Of a DNA stretch of 64,000 nucleotides, positions 13,468 through 25,779 are shown piece by piece. A program made the position numbers and the translations under genes. The notes under the pieces are model-generated. The model was not told the origin of the DNA and did not search any database. It saw only the letters and a program-made list of their open reading frames with translations. This stretch comes from Azolla caroliniana (Eukaryota; Plantae; Polypodiophyta). How positions within the stretch are numbered: the first letter of the stretch is position 1; the number at the start of each line of letters is the position of its first letter. The stretch is taken from positions 5,580,001 to 5,644,000 of the forward strand of contig JBHGNT010000020.1 in assembly GCA_043228905.1 (NCBI GenBank), read 5' to 3'.

Positions 13468-16400
13468 AAGTGATATCATGGAATGTGAGAGGGGCATCTT
13501 CTCCTCATAAGAAATATATATTATGGAAAACTTTATTTGATAAAGATTGGGATGTTTTATGTGCAGTTGAACATAAGTGTCATGATTTAGCAGGATCTGT
13601 GTTACATTTGTGTGGATATTCCGCATATTATGCAAGACAATTATCACATCATTACTCAGGGGTTGTCATGATTATTTGTGATTCGTTTTGTCCACATATA
13701 GTCTATAATGATCCATATGGATGTTTTTTGGTTATGGAAGTCAAGTATTTTGAGGATTTGATATGGTTGGTAGGAATCTATGCACCCAATAATGCTAATC
13801 AACACATTGAGTTATGGTCTTCAATGTATCCACGGTTATTAGTGGGATGTGTTGGTTTGTTAATGGGTGATTTTAATATGTGCGTTGATGCTTCACAATC
13901 TACTTCACGATTCTCATTGATGGATTCTCTTGAGCTAGCAGTTTGGGACAAATTGGCATCAGAGGTTTTGAAGTTGGATGTATGGAAATGGTTGCATCAA
14001 GATGAGGTTGGGTTTACATTTCAGTCTATGCAATACAAGGAAACATGGAGTAGGTTAGATAGAATGTATGTTATGCATGATGAGTCCTTTTTGCCAGAGA
14101 TGCTTAATATGTCAGTTATGCAAGAGGTTGTGACATCGGATCATTTTCCCATATGTTTTGAGTTCAATAAACATGGGGTAGATATTTACAAAACATTGTT
14201 TCAACGAGTTCCTTTGAGGTTTAATTCTTCTTTATTATTACATTCTTTATTTGATGCCTATATGCAACAAAATTTTGGCATGTTTTCAGAACAAGTTATT
14301 TCAAAAGGATGGCATGCATGGGATACAACACTACAAAACATCAATGATATTCATCGTATGTATGGTATGACTAATGCTAAAAGACATAAAAAGTTGATTG
14401 ATAAGTTTTCATATATTCTTACGTGGTGCAATGTACTATTGATGAATAATCCACATGATGAAGAGCTTTTGGATGTTCAAGTTCAAGAACAGGACATTGT
14501 GAAGAATTTGTCTTGTCAAAGTTATCAAGAAACAAGGCAACATCAATTAAAGGAGGGATTTATAGATAATCAATCACAATCTCATATGTTTTTTCAAGGA
14601 TTAAGACCACCATATGCTCGTTCAAATGTGGTACAAATTAAGATAGGGGATGACATTGTTGTAGACCCAGTCAAGGCTATTGAGTTATGTATTACTCATT
14701 TTAAGAATTTGATTGGGCTATAGTTGATTATTAATGAGGATGTCTTGAAAGCAAGACAAGAATTTTATAATGTAATTGGGAGTGCCGTGAATACAAATAT
14801 TTGTCAAGAATTGGATGCTGATTTTGAAGAAGCTGAGGTGGAAAAGATATTGTTACACCTTCCAAATGGTAAAAGTCCTGGATGGGGTGGTGTTACAAAT
14901 GAAGTTTTTAAGAAGTATGCTAGCATGCTTAAGAGTCCATTCACACAAATGTTTCAACAATGTTGGGATTCTGGTTTCATGCCTGAGAGCTGGAAGGTAG
15001 GCTTAATCAAATTGATACCAAAGGTACCATCTCTAGAGTCATTTCACCAATGGAGGCCTATTTCATTGATGGGAGGGTTGTACAAAGTGTTTGCAAAGAT
15101 ATTATCCGACAGACTTAAGAAGTTCTTACCTCAACTTATTCATCCATCTCAATATGGTTTTATTACAGGTAGAAATATATTGCATAATGTTTTGAATGTT
15201 CAAATGGCGACTGATTATGCTCGACATACACATCAAGAAATGGTTATGGTGCAATTAGATTTGGAAAAAGCATATGATCATGTTAATTAGTCTTTCCTCT
15301 CAGGTGTGATGTATAATATGGGGTTTGGTCCTCGTATGTGTCGACTTATCTTTTTGCTAGGGAAAAATGCAACCTCTCATGTGATGCTTAATGGTGGAGT
15401 CACTCCGAAAGTGTTTCTTACTAGATCCATGCGGCAAGGATGTCCACTAAGCCCATTGTTTGTGTGGGTTCTTTTCCAGACTCTTTACTTTCTGAGATAA
15501 TGCCTCATTTTCCGCACTCGAGTCAGAAATGGTTGATTTCTATTGTTACACATCCTTTGTTAGTAATGTTGTCAAATCTTGTGGCCAATGGTGATATTAT
15601 GGGTTTGCATCTTCCTTTTGGTGGACAATTGGTGGCACAAGCATTGGCAGATGATTCTTTTATGTTTTTACAAGCCTCAAAAGAAAATCTTCAAAGGAGA
15701 TTGAAGTTTGGGATCAATTTGCTTTGGCTTCAGGGTTGTATATAAATTGGAGGAAGTCTCGCCTTATTTCTTGTACGGAGAGTGATTTGGAATGTTTGGG
15801 ATGACGAGGGTCAGTGATTACACGAGGCTCAATTTATCGACATTTGGGTTATCCATTGGGCATTGATGTTACAAATGTTCAATTGATTGATTGGATTGGT
15901 AGTAAATTGAGGGACAAATTTATGTATTGGAAGTCTCAATTATGACCCTTTCATGTACGACTCAAAGTGGTGCAATGTATCTTGATACCCATGTTATTAT
16001 ATTTTTTGCCTTTACTTCCTTGGACTAAGAAGGCATTACAAAGCATGTTACAACCTATTCGATTCATGTTTTGGCGGAAGGGAGAAATGATGGGAGTTAC
16101 ATGGATTTCATGGGACCATTTGGCTACTCCTAAAAGGTTAGGTGGTGTAGCAATATTGGATTTGGAAAGACATTTGATGGCTTGTAGATTTACATTATTA
16201 CGAGATATATGTCAACAAGATCAACCATGGATATCTATGATGCAATATTTTATTGAGCATGAAGGATCGGTGCATGGGAAAACAAAGATTCAAGCATCAT
16301 GGTGGTCAGTACTGAATGGAAATATTTCTCTAAAGATTCGACATTCTGTATGTGGACAACATTTGATAAGATTGTGGCAAGATGCATTATCTCTTTTTGA

Positions 16401-16948
16401 ATGGGGACCATCAAGTGATCGAGAATATTGTAATTCATTACAAAACAAATTGCTTGTTTCTTCTCGAGTGTTGTTTTGGCATGGGAAAGAGAAGTTGAGA
16501 TCTCAATTCAATCATTTATTTCGATTGGGGATTGTACATTTGGAAGATGTGGTTGATAATGAATCTCAAAGGTTGTCAGATTTTGAAGATGCCAAGAGAT
16601 GGTTATGTATTCCCCTAAATTATGGATTTATTTGGGAGAAATTACATGATATACCATTTTTGCAAGGATCGTTACCATTGAAAACCAATTTTGTACCTTG
16701 GGTAGATTGGCGGTTACAAGATGGTACATGCTTGTTACAGGTCACTACAAATATATTATATCATCATGCGATGACATCATTATCTTGGCTATCTCCTAAA
16801 GCAACGCAGGTGTGGAATGTATAGAAGTCAGATGCAAGGTGGTGGAAAATATTACAACGTGGTTGGCATTCCTATCTACCATTTCGTGCAAAGGTATTCA
16901 TATGGAGAGTCATGATTGGTGGGCTCCCATTAGGTTTGGCCTTAAAGC
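13464..16948 (+). pseudogene. L1 ORF2 (APE endonuclease, RT)
   Basis: Motifs ISWNVRG, GDFN, SRLDR, SDH, KSPG, WRPISL, LDLEKAYD, RQGCPLSP and ADD. Several stops and frameshifts. Confidence 0.93.
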
Positions 16949-16959
16949 TAAAGTCAAGT

Positions 16960-17413
16960 AGTAAAAGAATATGTTGTGCGGAAGCGTGTGCGTAAAACGC
17001 AGAGTACAGAGTTCAGTAAACACAAAAAACACAGAAAACACAAAAAACACAAAAAACACAAAAAACACAGAAAACACAGAAAACACAGAGATGGAGAGGG
17101 AGAGGGAAAGACAGAGAGAGACTATAGATCAAATTCAAAATAATTCTCTGTTCTGTACATACTTCGTGCTCAGTGAGCACCTTATATACAAGCCCTAACA
17201 ATCAGGCTAACACAAGTATTGACAGTACTTGACCGCTCATAAATGAGCTGTAACACTTACTCCCAAAATTATTCCTTTGGAGGAATATCTCTCTAACGGC
17301 CTTTCGGTTTACGCATCGATATGGCCAAGTTGTGCGTACTAACTTACGTGTCCAGTCTATGCACTGGGTTACGTGCCGTATTACGCACCCAATGTTGAGC
17401 TTGTATCTCAACA
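16960..17413 (-). repeat. C1a 3' LTR
   Basis: Direct repeat of 22167-22583. It carries an expanded AAAAACAC(A/G) array at about 17018-17088. Confidence 0.93.
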
Positions 17414-17509
17414 CTCCCCCTCAAGCTCAACTTGAGGTTCCATCCGCTCTTCCGGATCTATGCTCCGGTTCCTTCTGGCTTCACGCCTCGCTCGCGCTCC
17501 TCGACCCGT

Positions 17510-20500
17510 TCAATTCCACGCGCTTCGACCCTTCCGGTCGGCTTGTCTGCTTGTTTGGCCCTTCTCAGCTCCCTTCTTGTCACGGTGTCGATGCGTCCTT
17601 CGATGCCCTTTTCTCCGCATGGCCTTCAGTTGATTTGGCGTATTCAAATCGAACATTCCGATTGAATCGAACACTTCCGATTCAATTCCGCTCTCATCCG
17701 AATTGGCTGTCTCCAATTCGTCTTCAATCTTCCGGCCCTTGACAACATCCGGCCACGTCTTAGTCTTGACCTTATCTCCCCTTGTTTCGGCTGTCCTCGA
17801 CTCCTTCTTATGCTTATGGCCCTTGCTTCCGTCTTCGTCTTCTTCAGCTGGTTCGAAGTTAAATTCTCCATCCAACTCCGCATCTCGGTTACTTCCGCCG
17901 TGATGCTTACCTCCGCTCCTTTCACGTTCTTGTCTTTGTTCTTCCTCTCTGCCCCTCAAGTTCAGCGTGTCGAGGTGACGCAACCCAAGCGCACCCGAGA
18001 AATACCGTAACTTGTCGAGACCAAGAGGCTTTGTGAAGATGTCGGCAATCTGTCGATCAGTCGAAACATGCACCAATTCGACCTCTCCTCAAAGGACCCG
18101 CTCGCGGACAAAATGGTAATGCACCTCAATGTGCTTGGTCTGGGCGTGGAACACGAGGTTTTTCACAAGGTGGACACTGTTGAGGTTGTTGCAATAGATC
18201 GTCGTCGGATCAGATACCTCTACCTGCAGATTCCGTAATAGCCGTTTTAGCCAAATGACTTCGCACGTAGCGATAATCGCCCCTCGATATTCGGCCTCCG
18301 TGCTCGACAGTGCTACTGTCAGCTGCTTCTTACTGCTCCATGCAATCGTTGCACTTCCCAATGAGAATGCATATCCAGATGTGGATCTATGATCGTGGGC
18401 ATTTCCGGCCCAATCGGCATCCGTGTAGCCGACTAACTATTTGGCTACGCCTGCGCGATATAGCAATGCCATGTCTTTCGTGTTGCTGACATATCGCAAT
18501 ATCCGTTGCGCGCACTGAAAGTGTTCGGCTGTAGGCTGCAACATGAATTGACTGATAGGCCGACTGGATAACTAAGATCCGGCCGAGTAATCGTCAGATA
18601 GATAAGGCTTCTGACAATCTGTCAGAACCGTGTCGGGTTGCATGCCTTTCTTGAATCTCGGCGAAGCTTTGCATTTCTATCCAGAGGGGTCGAGATGGGC
18701 TTACAGTTTGCCATCCCGAACTTGAAGAGCATATTCAACGTGTAATGAAGCTGGCTGATCAATATGCCTTCGGGGGTACGGATCACTTCGATCGCGAGGA
18801 AGTAATGAAGGTCTCCAAGATCCTTCATTTCAAACGATGCCGCAAGCTGAGACTTTATGCGGCGGATTTCTTCAAGATCGGCACCGGCGATGACTAAATC
18901 ATCAACATACAATAGAAGACTAACCGGTCCATATTGACCTTGCCGAACAAATAGAGAAGAGTCTGATTTCGACGGCGCAAACCCCATCTTACGCAACAGT
19001 TGCGTAATCTTCGCATTCCAAGCTCGGGGGGCTTGCTTAAGTCCGTAGAGTGACTTCTTCAATCGGCAAATTGCCGAAGTATTTTGTTTAGATAGAAATC
19101 CGAGGGGTTGTACCATATACACCTGTTCCTCAAGATCACCTTGCAGGAACACATTCTTTACATCCATATGATGTAAGTGCCACCCCTTTACCGCTGCTAC
19201 GGCTAGCAGGACTCGCACGGTAGTCATCTTCGTGACAGGCGCGAAGGTCTTGTCGTAGTCCATGCTGTGCTTCTGAGAGTAGCCTTTCGCTACCAAGCGG
19301 GCCTTGTATCGATTGATGGAGCCGTCGGTATTGTATTTCACTTTATACACCCACCGACATCTGATCAGCTTCACACCCTTCGGTGCATCAACCAGGTCCC
19401 ATGTCTCGTTCTGTGTTAAGGCACACATCTCTTCCTCCATTGCGGCACGCCAATTTGCGTCTCTCGCTGCTTCTGCATAGCTCTCCGGCTCACACACTTC
19501 CACTACTCGTTTCATATATGCATAATGGTGCGCCATGTATTCATTATACCCGTATCTCTTTACGGGGTTCTTCAGGCAGGTAGATCGGCGTAATTTGGGA
19601 TTACCTGATTTCGCGACCTTTTTGGCTACTGTCGACCGCTTGCGTGGAGGTTCCTTTCCAGGTTGCCCGTAGTTAGACTCGCTCCGATCTGACTCGGCAC
19701 TACTGAAGTCGTATTCCAGCATTTTCTTCTTGCCCTTCTCTTTACGCATAAACCGTCTCCTTGGTTCTTTATGCGGGGACATCACGACCGAGTCTCCACT
19801 GCTCGCCGTCTCATCATCTAGTTGGCCATCTTGGCCCAACCCATCATTAGGCCCACTTAATCGGAATGAGATCGGACTCTCTCTCAGAGCTCCGATGTCC
19901 TCATCATAAGGAGGCATCTCAGCCTCTCTGACTTCGTCTTCAGAAATCAGAATGGAGTCGTGAGGTATTGGAGGTGAAGGCAGGTACCATGAAGCGGATT
20001 TGTCGAACATGACATCTTGACTTATGCATACTTCCTTTGTTCGGGGGTTATAACATTTATACCCCTTCTGCTCGTCTAGATAGCCGACAAAGATGCACTT
20101 TTCTGCTTTGGCATCCAACTTCCTCCTCTTTTCCTTCGGCACATGCACATAAGCAATGCTACCGAAAATCCTCAAGTGTGCTAAGTTCGGCTTCTTCTTG
20201 AAATACACTTCATGTGGCGACACTCCTCCATTAGCAAAAGTCCGATTCTACAAGTAGACAGCCGTCTTCACGGCTTCGGCCCAATAAAATTTCGGCATAT
20301 GCTTCTCTTCAAGCATTACCCTGGCCGCTTCTTCAATCGTCTGATTCTTCCACTCGGCCATGCCGTTCTGCTGCGGCATGTATCTACACGAGAATTCGTG
20401 TTGAATTCCCTCCTTCTGTAGCAAATGTCCGATTCTGCAAGTAGACAACCGTCTTCACGGCTTCAGCCCAATAAAATTTCGGCATATGCTTCTCTTCAAG

Positions 20501-22055
20501 CATTACCCTGGCCGCTTCTTCAATCGTCTGATTCTTCCACTCGGCCATGCCGTTCTGCTGCGACGTGTATCTACACGAGAATTCGCGTCGAATTCCCTCC
20601 TTCTGTAGGTAACTTGTGAACTGGTCGAAGAAGTACTCCTTCTTGCCATCGACCGTAGGCATTTGATCTTACGTCCTGTTTCCCTTTCCGCAAGGCTCTT
20701 CACCTTCAGGAAACATGCGAAGACTTTGCTCTTCTTCTCAATCATGCATGCCCACGTGTGCCGAGTGAAGTCGTCGATGAAGGTTACAAAGTAACAGTTT
20801 CCACCGAGACTCATGTTTTGTGCTGGTCCCCACACATCCAAATGGATCAGGTCCAACGGACTTTGACTACGATTACGCTCATTGGGGAATGGAAGTCGGT
20901 GTTGTTTTCCTATCTGACAGGCTTCGCAGACTTGGGCATCACATCCCCGAAATTTCGGCAATCCAAACACGATGTTCTTCGTCTGCATTTCACGAAGCCG
21001 TGGGAAATTTACGTGGCCGAACTGCTTGTGCCATAGGTCCATATCCGATTCGACCTTTTGTCCTTTCGCGTACAACGCGGTTCCGGCTTGATTAGTGTCG
21101 AAGATAAACATCCTCTCTTTTATGAAGCAGCCGAGATGCGTGAATCGAACTTGCATACCTTGGTCGACGATCTGACCGACCGACACCAGGTTCTTGGTTA
21201 TTGTCGGGACATACAACACGTTCATTAGCTTCCCTTTCTGCCCGACGTGGGTGAGGGGAACTTCGCCGACATGTTCGATGGTATGAGGAGTGTCGTCTCC
21301 CGTTTCGACCACTCCTTTCTTTTCCGGCTTCTCCAAGTACGAGAACCATTCCTCGTGACTCGCCATATGATTTGATTCCCGGCTCTTTTTGAGCCTTCCG
21401 CATAGTGCGACTTTTGACGCCTCTCCGCGTCCCTACCGCTTGATCCGGCTTTGTTCGAATAAGCTTCTTTTTCTAGCACTTGCTCTTCTTGTGGCCTTTC
21501 TTGCCACAGTACCAACAATCTGACGCGGCCTTCTCTTGCCGGCTTCCAGCACCGCCATGACTCCCCCTGCTTCCAGGGTGTTCGGAATTGCTTCCGGCAT
21601 TTCGATTATGCCGACCATTCTTCTCTTTTCGGCTGCCTCCATTGCGGGCCGATCTACCTCGTTCACCACGACCACGGGGCCTATCAGCCACCGACATATC
21701 TCGTTGTCGTACATTGCTCAACTCTTGCCTGATTTGAAGCTTCCTGGCTGTAGTGCTTGTTGTGAAGATTTTTTTGAGATTCGCCCACCCGTCCTTTGGC
21801 GTCTTAGCACCCTGAATATAGCTCAATAGATGGTTGCTCACATAGGATGCAAAGCAGCAACAGAACTCTTCTTGCCGCTTGTTCCCTAGCCGAAAAATCT
21901 CTGTGTGTCGAATCAGGTGCTACATCATTAGCTCCTTCGACATAACTCCAATAGCCATGGCCAAGCAGGTACTGGTGCATCTTGTACGACCAAGACGCGT
22001 AGTTGCTCCCGTCGAGCTCCTCGGTCGGTAGCGAGCTTCCCATACCTCTATCCAT
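17510..22055 (-). pseudogene. C1a gag-pol, frameshifted and internally deleted
   Basis: CWYCGKKGHKKSKC, INT HLDVWGP and [17 protein letters not shown] and LYVDD, RH SSTEAEY and TKHIEVHYH. Confidence 0.92.
20232..20608. repeat. 187-bp tandem duplication inside the C1a integrase
   Basis: GTCCGATTCT.CAAGTAGACA starts at 20240 and at 20427. TAGCAAA is repeated at the junction. Confidence 0.92.
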
Positions 22056-22166
22056 ATTGTTGTGTGTTTCTTTTCCGAACAAAAACGAACAACAGCTTCA
22101 ACTCTGTTTTGTCGCAAGCTTTCCTTGTCGGCTGTAGAGGACTTCAACCCTCGCGCTCTGATACCA

Positions 22167-22583
22167 TGTAAAAGAATACGTTGCGCGGAAGCGTGTGCGT
22201 AAAACGCAGAGTATAGAGTTCAGCAAACACATAAAACATAGAAAACACAGAGATGGAGAGGGAGAAGGAGAGACAGAGAGTCAGGGAGAGACTATAGATC
22301 AAATTCAAAATAATTCTCTATTCTGTACATACTTCGTGCTCAGTGAGCACCTTATATACAAGCCTTGACAATCGGGCTGACACAAGTATTGACAGTACTT
22401 GACCACTCATAAATGAGTCGCGACACTTACTCCCAAAATTATTCCTTTGGAGGAATATCTCTCTAACGGCCTTTCGGTTTACGCACCGATATGGCCTGGT
22501 TGTGCGTACTAACTTATGCGTCTAGTCTACGCACTGGGTTACGCGCCGTATTACGCACCCAATGTTGAGCTTGTATGTCAACA
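22167..22583 (-). repeat. C1a 5' LTR
   Basis: TG...CA ends, adjacent to the PBS. Confidence 0.93.
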
Positions 22584-22740
22584 CAAGCGTTCTATCTTAT
22601 CTCAATCTCTGTCTCTTTCAATTTATCTTAATTCCTTTCTCGCTAAAGCTAGTGCAAACTTCGAGTCCTTCCGGTCCAGAACCCCGGTGGTTCCGCCTCA
22701 CGATCCGCGCGTAGTGATGGATCTTCACGACATAATTAAG

Positions 22741-22758
22741 TGGTGAACCCGACGTGAA
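22741..22758 (+). promoter_or_regulatory. Primer binding site complementary to the tRNA-Trp 3' end
   Basis: TGGTGAACCCGACGTGAA is the reverse complement of ...TTCACGTCGGGTTCACCA, the plant cytosolic tRNA-Trp 3' end as I recall it. Confidence 0.85.
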
Positions 22759-22804
22759 AGAGGCGGCAGGAAGGATCAAGTCGAGGATCAACCGATACTT
22801 GGAG

Positions 22805-24990
22805 ATGGCATCCTCAAGCAATCAAGTGGGAGAATTCGAAAGGATGATGCTGATCGTCGAACAAATGATGAGATCTCGAGACAACGATGCGAGCGTGGAG
22901 AAGGCCGTCGACCTTGTCGTGGAGCTCGAGGGTCAATTTGACAGAAGGAACATTACGAAGTTCCTTGATGCATATAGAAGGGAGATGAATCAGAGGGACG
23001 TGTTTGAAGCGCGTCAAATCACGAGTTTCAAGAGAGTGGTCGCCAACAACATCCAAAGGCGCGTCATCGAGCTTCAAGAAGGGAAGACAACGTGGTCGGA
23101 GTTCGAGAAAGCGATATTAGCGACGGAAGATTTGTCGAGGATGACTCAACATGCCTTGATGAAGTGGATAGAGAAGAAAAATAAGAAGATGAGTGCTTCA
23201 AGGGTGTACGATGAATTCAACCAAATGTTTCGTTGTCTCCCCGCCACAGACCAAGTACTACTTGAGGAGGACAAAACTTTGTACTTCCTAAAGGCTGTGG
23301 ATATAAAGGATATACATGAGAACCGGGTACTCTCCTCGAAGATGATACCCAAGAGAACGAGCTTGTGGTGGACTGGGTTGCGGTGAAGCAAGCATGCAAT
23401 AGGCTCGACAAGTGTCGTTAGTGGGTTGATGACACCGACTTGGCGGGATCGACTGTCACGGAGAAAACAAGACAACCGAAAGTAGCTGAGCCGCCCAAAC
23501 AAAGTAGCCTGGAAGAAAAGAAGATTGATGACGACATCATCGAAGAGCTAGCGAAGAAGTTCGAGATGGTCACGCTAGCCAACATGAATCATCGGGGCCC
23601 CAAAGGAAAAGAACCCTTTAGATGCGTGTGGTGTGATAGCATGGACCACATGAGAAGGGATTGTGCGAGCCTTCGAGAGGCGATCTGACAAAATATCGTC
23701 TACATGGATGACAACATGCTCGACTAAAACTTGAAGACCCCTGCGGGTGAATTTCGGAAGAGGGGGAATGAAGAAATCTATGGAAGATGCTGAGGCAACT
23801 CGTGTGGATGCGATGCACTATGTTGCAACGGCTGGAATTAGAGCCGGAAAAGATAAAAATGAAGATGCTAGAGTGGGAGCAAAGTTTTGGTCTTCCATTC
23901 TCGAGTACGAGAAGATGGGCAAGGTCACATCAAACGAGGTAGAGCTTGCGAACCGAAGCATGCAAAGCATAACCAGGTGGTCGGATCCGGTGGATGACAA
24001 CACCATACTCGCGGAAGGGATGTGCGACAACCACAAGGTGTTCGTCGAAGAAAAGAGAAAAAGAATAGAAGAGCAAGGCCCATCAAAAAGACATGAAACA
24101 AGGAACACGAAAAAGAAAGAAGATGCAGAAACGAGTTGACCTTTACAAACTGAGGAAGGAGACTCAAGCTGGAAAGGGGAGTTGAGCAAATGAGTCGAAG
24201 AAACGGTTCGGCCCATGAAGGTTGGTGTCGAAAACCCCGCTCGAAAGACCAAGGACTATGCCTACCTATAAGCTAAGGTCAGGCATAGAGCAGACGACAT
24301 ACCTGAAGAAGATACTTGAGGAACGAATTCCTGATAGCCACGTGACTTTGTTCTTGAGGGAATTACTCGGCATTACGAAGAAGGAGTTCCATGACACGAT
24401 CGTGGACCTTGTAAAGAGAAAGAGGCAACAATCGGACGAGGAAGAAGAGAACCCACAAAAGGCAAAAACAAATGCCATAACAATGGCAAGGGATGAAGTC
24501 GATGAAGATATGGTGGACAACCACTATACTCGACCTCATTTGGCACGAGCGACAACGGAGACGCCGATGAAGATTGGGGAGAAGAAAGAGACCGTGGTAG
24601 CCTTGATCGACCATGGCTCGAAGATCAGCCTCATTTCAACCGAGTTCTACAAAAAGGAAGATGGCCAATCAATACAAACCACGGCTGGAAGATTCGAGCG
24701 GCAACAAAGTCTACAGAGGAATTGTACGGAGCTTGTCCCAATGTTAAAGTCAGATCGGGGATGTGGGGATGGATCAACACTTCTTCGTGCAAGAATCGGC
24801 ATCGCATCCTGTCATCCTAGGACAACCGTATATCACATCATCCTGGATGGAGACCAAGGTGTTCGATAATGGAGCAGCCTTCGCGCGAATCAAGAGTCTT
24901 AACAATCAAAGATCTGTTCAATTCCTAACGGTGCGAGCTAATCATGAAAGAAATTGAGATAGTCTTGGCGGAGAATCCCTGGATTTTTAG
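22805..24990 (+). pseudogene. Element A gag-protease (disrupted)
   Basis: Knuckle CVWCDSMDHMRRDC and protease VALIDHGS. The frame ends at G GAT TTT TAG (24981-24990). Confidence 0.88.
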
Positions 24991-25043
24991 AGCAGACTAT
25001 TGGAGCATGGGGCACAAATAGTCTGAGCAATCACAAGTCCCCA
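24981..25043 (+). promoter_or_regulatory. Putative -1 ribosomal frameshift signal (slippery heptamer plus pseudoknot), element A
   Basis: GGATTTT, a 5-nt spacer, stem CAGACTATT (24993-25001) with AATAGTCTG (25017-25025), and loop TGGGG pairing with CCCCA (25039-25043). Confidence 0.7.
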
Positions 25044-25650
25044 CAAGAAAATAGAGTGCGTGGATTGTGAGGAGAAGCAACATGTGTCACACGTAGTGGC
25101 GCATGTAAACTAGAAGGACAAGCGTCAGATACAAGACTTCGAGAAGATGCTGAAAGAAGAAAACATAATAGAAGAAGAAGAGTTCGTGACTTATATTATG
25201 GAAGAAGCCTCATTTAACGACACCATCGACGAAATCGAGGAAGTCGTGGACTTGAGCTATCTTCACGATCAACACGTGATTTCAGTTAACTCCATCAACA
25301 TGTACACTATCATCGATGAATATCATCGAAACATCTTGATGAAGGAAGCTGACATCAACACAAAATATAAAACGGTGGATAAGAAGATCAAGCCAGTTGC
25401 AGTTCCGCTACCAGAAGATAGCTGGCAAAAGATGAAGGAAGTCACTAATGATCCAAGCTTAAGGGATCCGAAGTCAATAGGTAATGTCTTCACCGAAGAG
25501 ACGAAGGGAAAGCTACGAGTTGGAAGGGAGGGTTTCATCCTCCATGAAGAAGAGCGAATGTTTCGCGACATGGGAAGGCTTTCACATTTTTCCCACAAGA
25601 AATCAGATGTGCTGATCCAAGGACGATAGAGCCAATGGTGATCTTCACAG

Positions 25651-25710
25651 TGTCGCGTTGTTACGCGCGTACGTGTAGAAGGGCGGGACCACGGGGGTCT
25701 TGGACCGAGG

Positions 25711-25779
<69 letters not shown>

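Larger units (their letters stand above)
11761..16948 (+). mobile_element. L1-clade LINE, 5' apparently complete, 3' end deleted
   Basis: 5' UTR, ORF1 with a CCHC knuckle, and ORF2 EN-RT plus the start of a zf-RVT-like region. It ends abruptly against gypsy A LTR sequence. Confidence 0.92.
16960..22583 (-). mobile_element. Ty1/copia family C1, copy a (full length, degenerate), inserted in the 5' LTR of gypsy A
   Basis: LTRs 16960-17413 and 22167-22583. PBS TGGTATCAGAGC at 22155-22166 (-) and PPT at 17414-17425. TSD CAAGT/CAAGC. Domain order is gag-INT-RT-RH. Confidence 0.95.

Noticed and set aside
17332-17742. Similar antisense ORFs from the C1 3' LTR (MLSL.LNTPPQAQLE...; also 33327-33677)
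   Set aside because: The similarity is explained by DNA conservation of the LTR end, PPT and hairpin. There is no independent evidence of coding.
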